Shown in pieces: positions 49,917 through 57,775 of a DNA stretch of 64,000 nucleotides; positions within the stretch are counted from its first letter, which is position 1, and each line of letters starts with the position of its first letter. The translations under genes were made by a program, and so were the position numbers. The stretch is from contig JAVZBY010000003.1 in assembly GCA_038874655.1 (NCBI GenBank), positions 41,808 through 105,807 on the forward strand, given 5' to 3'. A model generated the notes under the pieces. The model was not told the origin of the DNA and did no database searches. It saw only the letters and a program-made list of their open reading frames with translations. The stretch comes from Candidatus Woesearchaeota archaeon. Its GTDB lineage: Archaea > Nanobdellota > Nanobdellia > Woesearchaeales > GW2011-AR15.

Positions 49917-50184
49917 GAGGCACGCCCAAGAATCGATACCTTGCTTAAGCAATAATTGCCTTGACTTCTTCTCCATCCCGCTACCCTGAAAGCACCCATT
50001 TTTTTGATTATCACTGCTCCCTTCCGGGCCTGATGAGGTTCTCAAAAAAACAGGTCAATCAGGACAGGACTTCTCAGTTGAAGCCAAGATTATTGCTTAA
50101 ACAAAAATACCTTTTCCTGGGCTTCGGCTCCCTCTTACATCCGTTTAGGGTTACAGGGCAGGACGAGCACCCCAGCCTAGCCTC
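49917..50184 (-). ncRNA. ffs: Archaeal SRP (7S) RNA, 268 nt
   Basis: Helix 8 motif CAGGCCCGGAAGGGAGCA, terminal helix GAGGC/GCCUC, Alu domain with UGUAA and CGUCC/GGAUG loop-loop complementarity, long helix 5. TTTAAAAA box about 23 nt upstream. GC-rich island in AT-rich DNA. Confidence 0.95.
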
Positions 50185-50220
50185 ATAAAAATATAAAAAG
50201 AGGATATTTTTAAAGATTAC

Positions 50221-50775
50221 CTAAGCTAATGCATTATAAAAATTAGCAAAATGCTTTCCTAGTAAAACCCTTTGTTCTGAATATCTACCCCAATAACTTG
50301 GATGGTAAGTTGCATAAATAAAAGAATCCCTATAAATAATAACCATTCCTTTATCTAACTTTAAACTTTCTCCTTCAATATTTAAATTTAAAACAGAGGA
50401 CAATGAATCTAAAACAGGCCTACCCCACGTAATTAAAACCTTTGGATTAAAACTATTAACTATATCAAAAAGATGTAATTGAAGACATCTCTTTAATTCT
50501 TTCTGTGTAGGAGCATCATCAACACTCTTTTTTAAACACCTATAGGAATTAACAAAAAATATATCTTCCATAGACAAACCAGAAACTCCTAGAAAATATT
50601 TTATAAAATACTTTCCAGTTAAGGAATTTGTAAAGGGTTCTAACCAATTATCATCAATTACACGATAATCTGCAAAATGACCTAAAACAAGAATTTTAGT
50701 TATATCTGAATTTTTTCCTTTATATCCTAAAAAAGAAGTTGGGATAATATTTTCACATAAATCACATAAGGGCAT
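50221..50775 (-). CDS. Uracil-DNA glycosylase superfamily protein, family 4/5-like but divergent
   Basis: N-terminal CDLC, N..RC...PT..E..RC Cys pattern and TYHPSY motif B. Motif A reads GHFAD. Confidence 0.7.
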   Translation of the reverse strand: MPLCDLCENIIPTSFLGYKGKNSDITKILVLGHFADYRVIDDNWLEPFTNSLTGKYFIKYFLGVSGLSMEDIFFVNSYRCLKKSVDDAPTQKELKRCLQLHLFDIVNSFNPKVLITWGRPVLDSLSSVLNLNIEGESLKLDKGMVIIYRDSFIYATYHPSYWGRYSEQRVLLGKHFANFYNALA

Positions 50776-50831
50776 ATTCTTTTAAAAAAATAATTAATTT
50801 AAAAATTTATAAACTAAAAAACTATAAAAAG

Positions 50832-51386
50832 TTAATATATTATTGCAACAACAACCCTTTTTATTTGATTAAACCTTATTTTTCCAGGGTCATTTCTTTG
50901 ATTATTGTCACCTTTTGCTATTGCATACCATCCTTTCTCATCATATCCAATTTCTATTACTCTATGGATAATAATTCCATCTGCATAATCTGAAACATAA
51001 GAAATAATATCTCCTACATGAATATCTGCTTCTGTCTTTGGTATAACCTGAATAGCATTTGCACCCACATCAATAACTGGATCCATACTATTTGTATCTG
51101 TAAATTTAGACCATTGTGGATTGTCAATAGTTATTATAACTTTATCTTTTTCCACTCTTATTTTATCTTCTGTAATTCTGTCATAAGGACTTGGCTTTTC
51201 TTCTGGTGTTCCTACAACTCTAGCAACTATATTTCCATCTTGTGCTTTTTCTATTATTGTTGTTGTTTGTTTAACTGATTTATCTTCTATTAAATAACTA
51301 AAAGTTATTGTAGTAAAAACACCTAACATAAACACAAATACAAGTAGAAATAATAACCTTAACCTAAACCTATCAAAGTAAATCAT
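50832..51386 (-). CDS. S26 signal peptidase, SipW/Sec11-like Ser-His type
   Basis: N-terminal TM helix, TNSMDP (Ser), GDII, IIHRV (His) and KGDNN..D motifs. Confidence 0.85.
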   Translation of the reverse strand: MIYFDRFRLRLLFLLVFVFMLGVFTTITFSYLIEDKSVKQTTTIIEKAQDGNIVARVVGTPEEKPSPYDRITEDKIRVEKDKVIITIDNPQWSKFTDTNSMDPVIDVGANAIQVIPKTEADIHVGDIISYVSDYADGIIIHRVIEIGYDEKGWYAIAKGDNNQRNDPGKIRFNQIKRVVVAIIY

Positions 51387-51492
51387 AATTACTAAAAAGT
51401 AGTATCAATTTATAAATTTTTCTTTTTTTACTATTAAAAAGTAATAAATAATTAAACACTATTAAAAATTATCTTTAAAAATAAAGAAAAAA

Positions 51493-52401
51493 CTATTTTA
51501 ATTCTATCCCTAATTCTTTTATTTTTAGTAAAATTTTAGTTATTATATCTTTTCTTTCTAAATAATCTGATCTAAAAACAATAGTCATAAAAATCCCATC
51601 TTTATCACTATTTAAAAAAACTTTACAATTGTAATTTAAAAACTCTTTTTCTAATTTTTTTGAAATAACTTCAAAATTCTTTGGAATAGATTTTAAATAA
51701 AGATTTACTTTATCTAAAACATTTTCTCTGCCAAAATTAATAATAGGTTTTTCTATAAATGTCCTATTAGGAACTCTTATAAAATCATCTCTATGGGTAG
51801 GTGTATTATCCAATAAAACATAAAAAGTTCCTATGTGTTGAACTTTTCCTTCTTCATCACCAATTTTTATATAATCCCCAATTCTAAAAGGTTTCTTTGT
51901 AAGAAGCATAAACCATATTATATAAGATAAAATAACCTCTCTTATGGCAAAAGCAAATCCTGTTGTTGCCAAACCTAATATAACTGATAAATTATTCAAT
52001 GAAAATCCTAGCTTAATTAAAACAGCTGAAAACGCAATCAAATAAATGACAAAACTATAAAACTTTTGTAGAAATAAAATTTGTTCAATATTATCTTCTT
52101 TTGATAAAAACCCTATAAAAATTTTTGAAGTAAATCTTATAAAAACACTTGACAAAAAAAATGCCAATGCTATAAAGATTATTAATTTAATAATATTAGA
52201 GATATTTCCAGGCAAATAATAATATTTATTATTCAAATAAATTATTAACTGAAAAATTGCTAGTATAACAAAAAACAAAATAATTGCTCTATTAATATTT
52301 GTAAATTTGATAATATCATCAACTTTTCTATTAATGTTATTATTAAATTTATCTTTAATTGAATTACTTTTTTCAGTTTCTTTTTCCATATTGTTGTTCA
52401 T
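51493..52401 (-). CDS. mscS: MscS-family mechanosensitive channel
   Basis: TM helices, GLATTGFAFA, KPFRIGDYI and RVPN motifs. Confidence 0.85.
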   Translation of the reverse strand: MNNNMEKETEKSNSIKDKFNNNINRKVDDIIKFTNINRAIILFFVILAIFQLIIYLNNKYYYLPGNISNIIKLIIFIALAFFLSSVFIRFTSKIFIGFLSKEDNIEQILFLQKFYSFVIYLIAFSAVLIKLGFSLNNLSVILGLATTGFAFAIREVILSYIIWFMLLTKKPFRIGDYIKIGDEEGKVQHIGTFYVLLDNTPTHRDDFIRVPNRTFIEKPIINFGRENVLDKVNLYLKSIPKNFEVISKKLEKEFLNYNCKVFLNSDKDGIFMTIVFRSDYLERKDIITKILLKIKELGIELK

Positions 52402-52492
52402 AAATTTAATTAAAAAGACATCTTTTTAAATTTATTCTTTTAAATAAATAAAAAAAAACAAATTTTAAAATAAACAATGTTTTCAAAATAAA

Positions 52493-53551
52493 ATGACAGA
52501 TTTAGAAAAAAAAAGAGAAGATACTATAAAAGAATTTTTAATCAAAATAAAGGATAACTCACTAAGAGATTTAATTTTAAAGGCCAATTCTATTTATAAT
52601 CAAAATTTTGAAAATATTACATGGTTTGAAAGAGCAATTTTCATTTCTTGGTTTTGTGCTAAACCAACATGCAAATTTTGTTACATGTATACAATAAAAG
52701 ATAGAATAAAAAAACCTTCTTATGCTAGAAGAAGATTAGAATCAATTTTAGCAGAAACATTAATTACAAAAATATATGGTTGGGAGATTGGTTTTTTAAG
52801 TGCTGGCATATCCTCTTGGTCTACAAAAGACCTAAAAGAAGTTCTTTCAGGAATGCATAAAATAACAAAAAAGAAAATTTGGCTTAACTTAGGCACTTTA
52901 AGAGAAACACAAATTAAAGAATTATTGCCCTATGTAGAGGGTTTAACAGGCACAGTAGAATGTGTAAATGAAGAATTAAGAAAAGATATTGTTCCAGATA
53001 AACCTTTAGATAAGATTGATGAAATGTTTAAAATTGCTGATAAATACAATTTAAAAAAAACAATAACAATTATAATTGGTTTAGGTGAAACAATAGAGGA
53101 TTTCCCAAAATTAGAATATTTAATAAAAAAATGGAATTTAGATAGAATAAACTTTTATAGATTAGTTCCTCATGAAAACACTATTTTTAAAAAAGGACCT
53201 GAAACTGAATATTATATAGAATGGATAGCAAAAACAAGAATTTCTTTTCCTAAATTAATTATAGTAAGCGGCTCTTGGCCTGATAAAACAGAAGAAATTC
53301 CTCTATTGTTGTTAGCAGGGTCTAATTCTATAACTAAATTACCTGCAATAAAAAACTTTGGAAAAAAACCTGCTTATGAAATTGAAAATGGCTCTAAATT
53401 AGTTGGCAGAGAATTTATTGGAACTTTAACCAAATATAAAAAAATCAATTTAGATAAAGAATTAAAAGATATTGATTTTAAAGAAGAACTAAAAGAAAAA
53501 ATAAAAAAAGCTTACTTAAAATATGAAAAAAAATTAGGCAAAACTGAATAG
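52493..53551 (+). CDS. Radical SAM protein, BioB-related uncharacterised archaeal family
   Basis: CAKPTCKFC (CX4CX2C), IIIGLGET and LLAGSNSITK motifs. Confidence 0.8.
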   Translation: MTDLEKKREDTIKEFLIKIKDNSLRDLILKANSIYNQNFENITWFERAIFISWFCAKPTCKFCYMYTIKDRIKKPSYARRRLESILAETLITKIYGWEIGFLSAGISSWSTKDLKEVLSGMHKITKKKIWLNLGTLRETQIKELLPYVEGLTGTVECVNEELRKDIVPDKPLDKIDEMFKIADKYNLKKTITIIIGLGETIEDFPKLEYLIKKWNLDRINFYRLVPHENTIFKKGPETEYYIEWIAKTRISFPKLIIVSGSWPDKTEEIPLLLLAGSNSITKLPAIKNFGKKPAYEIENGSKLVGREFIGTLTKYKKINLDKELKDIDFKEELKEKIKKAYLKYEKKLGKTE

Positions 53552-53625
53552 ATCATATTTTTAATAATTTATTATAAACTTTTAAATTAGCAAAATTTAT
53601 ATTCTAATTAGTATTAATTATTATT

Positions 53626-53802
53626 ATGGGAAAATCACCTAGTCATAAAAAAACTCATGTTGTTATTCCAAAATGGGCTATTCTTCAAGATAGATTAGCA
53701 AAAAAACATTATCCTAATTGCAGAGGCACTTTTCCAGATTGTCCTAAGATAATAAATGAACAGCCTGCTCAACAATGTTTAACTTGTCCCTTTTATAAAT
53801 AA
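53626..53802 (+). CDS. 58-aa four-Cys microprotein
   Basis: Not in the ORF track: MGKSPSHKKTHVVIPKWAILQDRLAKKHYPNCRGTFPDCPKIINEQPAQQCLTCPFYK. Higher GC than its flanks, TTTATA box upstream. Confidence 0.7.
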   Translation: MGKSPSHKKTHVVIPKWAILQDRLAKKHYPNCRGTFPDCPKIINEQPAQQCLTCPFYK

Positions 53803-53886
53803 TAATTATAATTTAATTATAATTTAACACTGGACACTAGACATTTTTCTGTAAAATATATAAATTACAATTATTTTTAAAAGTTA

Positions 53887-54567
53887 ATGCCTTATTCATT
53901 AAGTCCTTCAACCATAAATCTTTTTTTAGATTGTCCTAAATGTTTTTGGCTTCAATTTAGAAAAAATATAAAAAGACCTGAGGGAATTTTTCCCTCATTA
54001 CCTAGTGGAATAGATAGAATATTAAAAGAACATTTTGATTCATATATTGAAAAAAATGACATTCCACCTGTTTTAAAAAAACACAATGTTGATGCAAAGC
54101 TATTTTCTAATTTAGAATTATTAAATAAATGGAGAGATCAAAAAATTGGATTATCTTTTACTGATAATAAAGGCAATATTTTAAGAGGTGCTGTTGACAA
54201 TCTATTAATAAAAGATAATAAATTAATTGTTTTAGATTATAAAACCAGGGGTTATGAAGTAAAAAATGACACTCATGAACATTATAGAGTTCAATTAGAT
54301 TTATACAATTTTCTTTTAAGAAAAAACGGATATGAAACAGAAAATTATTCTTATCTATTATTTTATCATCCTGATAAGATAGTAGAGAATGTTTTTTTAT
54401 TCCATACACATTTAGTTAAAATTGATGTTAATATAAAAGAAGCTGAAAAAATATGGAAAGATGCACTTAAACTACTTGATGAATCTATGCCAAATTCATC
54501 TGAAAATTGTGAATATTGTAAATACAGAGAAACAAAAATTGACACAAATCTAAAAGATTATTATTAA
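53887..54567 (+). CDS. PD-(D/E)XK nuclease (AddB/RecB/Cas4-like)
   Basis: LSPS..CPKC, G.VD, LDYKT, QL..Y and CEYC motifs. Confidence 0.88.
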   Translation: MPYSLSPSTINLFLDCPKCFWLQFRKNIKRPEGIFPSLPSGIDRILKEHFDSYIEKNDIPPVLKKHNVDAKLFSNLELLNKWRDQKIGLSFTDNKGNILRGAVDNLLIKDNKLIVLDYKTRGYEVKNDTHEHYRVQLDLYNFLLRKNGYETENYSYLLFYHPDKIVENVFLFHTHLVKIDVNIKEAEKIWKDALKLLDESMPNSSENCEYCKYRETKIDTNLKDYY

Positions 54568-54620
54568 AATCATAAATTATATTAAAATTAAAAAAATAAT
54601 TATTAATTTATACAAATTTT

Positions 54621-55379
54621 TTACTTTATACCAATTTTCTTTTTCAAAAAATCTAAACTAACTTCTTTATATTGCGCAATTTTTAAATTTAATTCCTTTA
54701 AATTTAAATCATTAATAGAAATTCTTTCTAATTTCAAAACTTTATTATTTATAGCCTCAAATATTTTTCTAACCTCTCTTTTTTTACCCTCATTTAATGT
54801 AATAAGCAATTTTCTTTCTGAAATCAATTTTATTTTAAATGGCTGTGTTTTATATTTCATATATTTTCCATCGATTTCAACATTTATAACTACACCTTGT
54901 TCTATTTCTTTGACTTTCTTTTCTGTTATTGGTTTTTCTAAAACAACATAATAAGTTTTTTTTATATTATACTTTGGATGTGCTATCTTAAAACCGAGTT
55001 TTCCATCATTAGTAATGATTAACACCCCTGATGTATCTTCATCTAATCTGCCAACACAAAACAAAGTTCTTTTTATTTTTTCCTCTACATCCAACAAATC
55101 AAAAACACTTTTCTTTTTATTATGTATATCTAAACTTGTTAATCTTGTAGATAAATAACCAACAGGTTTATTTATAACAAAATAATATTTTTTATCAATT
55201 ATATTTAATATTTTACCTTTGTATTTAACAACCTTTTTTAATGGATTAAATCTATACATAGGATTAACAATTATCTGATCATCTACACTAACAAATCCAT
55301 TTTTAATTTCATTTATTAATTCTTGTTTATTTTTAAATACTCCTGTCCTAGAAAGAAATTGATGTAAATGAATTTTCAT
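54621..55379 (-). CDS. RsuA/RluB-family pseudouridine synthase with S4 domain
   Basis: NKPVGY, VGRLDEDTSG, KTY.V and EGKKREVR motifs. Confidence 0.9.
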   Translation of the reverse strand: MKIHLHQFLSRTGVFKNKQELINEIKNGFVSVDDQIIVNPMYRFNPLKKVVKYKGKILNIIDKKYYFVINKPVGYLSTRLTSLDIHNKKKSVFDLLDVEEKIKRTLFCVGRLDEDTSGVLIITNDGKLGFKIAHPKYNIKKTYYVVLEKPITEKKVKEIEQGVVINVEIDGKYMKYKTQPFKIKLISERKLLITLNEGKKREVRKIFEAINNKVLKLERISINDLNLKELNLKIAQYKEVSLDFLKKKIGIK

Positions 55380-55431
55380 AAAAAAATAGAAAAAATATTA
55401 ATTTAAAAAGCTTATATAAAAAGCGAAAAAA

Positions 55432-57774
55432 TCAATTTATCATAATATTATCAATATATTGTTCTATCTTTTTGTCATCCATTATTAAATTTAAAATAAA
55501 TTTAAATTCACCTAAATTATAACTTGGTTTATAATTTTTATTAATTCCTGGTTGATAGAATCCATTAGTTATTAAGAAATAATTGCTATTATCATTTTTT
55601 TCTGCTTTAATTAATAAAACATCTCCTTTTTCCAATATAACATAATTTTTATCTTTATTTTTCAAATCATTACTAACATCTAAATTATTTAGATAGGCAC
55701 TATAAGTTATTTCTTTTACCTCTGGTTTTTCATTTGTATAATCAACTGCAATATAATCTATTGCATATATCCCTTGATAAAATTCAATTTTAATTTTATC
55801 TGTTTTTATATCTTCTAAATCAATTATAAAATCTTTCTGTGAAAAAGTAATAAACTCATCAACAAAAACCCATTTATCATCAACATATGCATAAACCTTT
55901 CCATATCCATACTTTTTTAGTTTATTTTGAATTATATCATATATAATATCATAATTTAATAATTTATATATGGTTGGTAATATACCATTAATATCCTTTT
56001 CTGATAATTTATATTCAAAAACACCAATCTTATCAGTCATGCTTGCAGAAATAATTAATTTTGCATTTTCTTGTTTTTTTGGTAATGTTAGAATTAAATA
56101 ATCAAATTTATCATCATTAAAATTATTATTATAATTTTGTTTAATTTTTTCTATATTTGTAGAATAAGCTTTTACATTATAATCTGTTGATTTTATTATT
56201 CTCAGTTTATCTACATCAATAGAAGGTGAAAAATACCCTGCATCTTTTCTTGATATTATGTTTGTACAATCATCACCCTCTTTTGTCTCACATAAAACCT
56301 TTTCAGGATTTTTTATTGAAACAACATTTCCTTTATTTGAAATATAACTATTTTTATCAGACTTTAAAAGTTTTATATTATCTAAATAAGTTCTTTCATT
56401 TAAATGTTCTTTTATAACAATTGATTCAAAATAATTATTCAAATTTGTATAATAATAATCATTATTTTCAGAATACTTTAAAACAAGCAAATCCTCTTCT
56501 AATATTTCATTTCCTTTATCATCAATACTATAAACATAAGGACATGATCCAGTATTTGTTTTTTGATTGTTTTGTGTATTTTGATTAGTTTGTGGAGATT
56601 CACATTGGTAAATTGGTTGTAATTCACAAATACTTTGACAAATTTTTATTATTCCTGGACAATTACAATCATTTTCTTTTGCCCATATTCCATTTCCTGT
56701 CCATAGATTTTTTTCATTTATGTGCGGACAACATAGATTATATTGTGTTTTATAACATAAAGGATAGCATTTATTGTCTCCTGTACAATAACCCATTATA
56801 CTTTCCCATGTTTTTTGAACACAATAACCATTTGTTTTTTGATTAGGATCGTTTGGATTATAAATATAACTAGAGTCTCCTTCTTTTATAGATAAATCTA
56901 ATTCTATTATACTTTCACAACCATATTTTTCTGATAAAGTTAATTTATTTAAATTAAGGTCATATAAATCATTATTTCTTTTACAGCTTTCTGTTTCTTT
57001 ATACCCAACTACTTTGCAATTATTAGTATTGCCACAATTTTCTTGACATAGTTCATAGTCATATTTTGGTGAAAGACATTTATATAGATAAAACCCAACA
57101 TTCATACATGTAAATCTTTGATTAATAATACAATCCTGTGGAAAATCTTTACTTATTTCATTACAATTTATTTGTTTTACATAACATTCATCATTCTCAT
57201 TTCTAGGTTTTCCATTAATATAACCACAATACGGGTCCATTTTATTCTGTGCAACACAATTAAAATAATTCACATCCCTATTACAACCCAAATCATAAAA
57301 TCTACTTTCTTGATTTTTATTATTAAAATCATTTTTTAATTCATTATAATAATCAAAAAAATTTTTCCAATTTTCATTTATATTAAAATTATCATTTAAT
57401 TGATTAGCACCATTTGCAATAAAGTTTAAAACTTTAAAAAATTCATCTCTAATTCCAAAAATTGTTAAAGCTCTATCTAAAAAAGACACTGTCCAGGATG
57501 TTGCATCCATTCCTGTTATAAATTGACAAACCCCTTTAACATCGCCTGCAACAGAACAAGGTGGCATATTTGGATTTTGACTGCAATAATTTAATCCTTC
57601 CTTTGCTGTATTTAAAACACATCTACATGCTGAACTTAAACCTACTGCATTTATATTTTGACAATTCCTATTTAGGTTATAAATTCTTTGAGTTTCCACA
57701 GATAAAACATTGAAGCTTAATAAGGATAATATAAATATTGTAATTAATCCATAAAAAACCACTTTTCTTTTCAC
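55432..57774 (-). CDS. Secreted Cys-rich protein with C-terminal GSCPYVY-initiated domain
   Basis: Start moved to GTG 57774 (VKRKVVFYG, SD GGGTGGT, 1 nt after the upstream stop). Cys-rich N-terminal half, Q/N/T linker, then GSCPYVY...E.TYLD. Confidence 0.7.
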   Translation of the reverse strand: MKRKVVFYGLITIFILSLLSFNVLSVETQRIYNLNRNCQNINAVGLSSACRCVLNTAKEGLNYCSQNPNMPPCSVAGDVKGVCQFITGMDATSWTVSFLDRALTIFGIRDEFFKVLNFIANGANQLNDNFNINENWKNFFDYYNELKNDFNNKNQESRFYDLGCNRDVNYFNCVAQNKMDPYCGYINGKPRNENDECYVKQINCNEISKDFPQDCIINQRFTCMNVGFYLYKCLSPKYDYELCQENCGNTNNCKVVGYKETESCKRNNDLYDLNLNKLTLSEKYGCESIIELDLSIKEGDSSYIYNPNDPNQKTNGYCVQKTWESIMGYCTGDNKCYPLCYKTQYNLCCPHINEKNLWTGNGIWAKENDCNCPGIIKICQSICELQPIYQCESPQTNQNTQNNQKTNTGSCPYVYSIDDKGNEILEEDLLVLKYSENNDYYYTNLNNYFESIVIKEHLNERTYLDNIKLLKSDKNSYISNKGNVVSIKNPEKVLCETKEGDDCTNIISRKDAGYFSPSIDVDKLRIIKSTDYNVKAYSTNIEKIKQNYNNNFNDDKFDYLILTLPKKQENAKLIISASMTDKIGVFEYKLSEKDINGILPTIYKLLNYDIIYDIIQNKLKKYGYGKVYAYVDDKWVFVDEFITFSQKDFIIDLEDIKTDKIKIEFYQGIYAIDYIAVDYTNEKPEVKEITYSAYLNNLDVSNDLKNKDKNYVILEKGDVLLIKAEKNDNSNYFLITNGFYQPGINKNYKPSYNLGEFKFILNLIMDDKKIEQYIDNIMIN

Positions 57775-57775
57775 T

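Noticed and set aside
49961-50188. 75-aa ORF on the + strand
   Set aside because: Antisense shadow of the SRP RNA gene, caused by its higher GC content.
52493-53551. Biotin synthase (bioB)
   Set aside because: Cluster motif spacing differs from BioB and no bio genes are nearby, so only a family-level call is supported.
53803-53845. Short tandem repeats (TAATTATAATT x2, ACACT(G/A)G x2) upstream of the nuclease
   Set aside because: Too short and low in complexity to separate from chance in AT-rich DNA.
53887-54567. Cas4 of a CRISPR system
   Set aside because: Stand-alone PD-(D/E)XK nuclease with no cas1/cas2 or array in the window.
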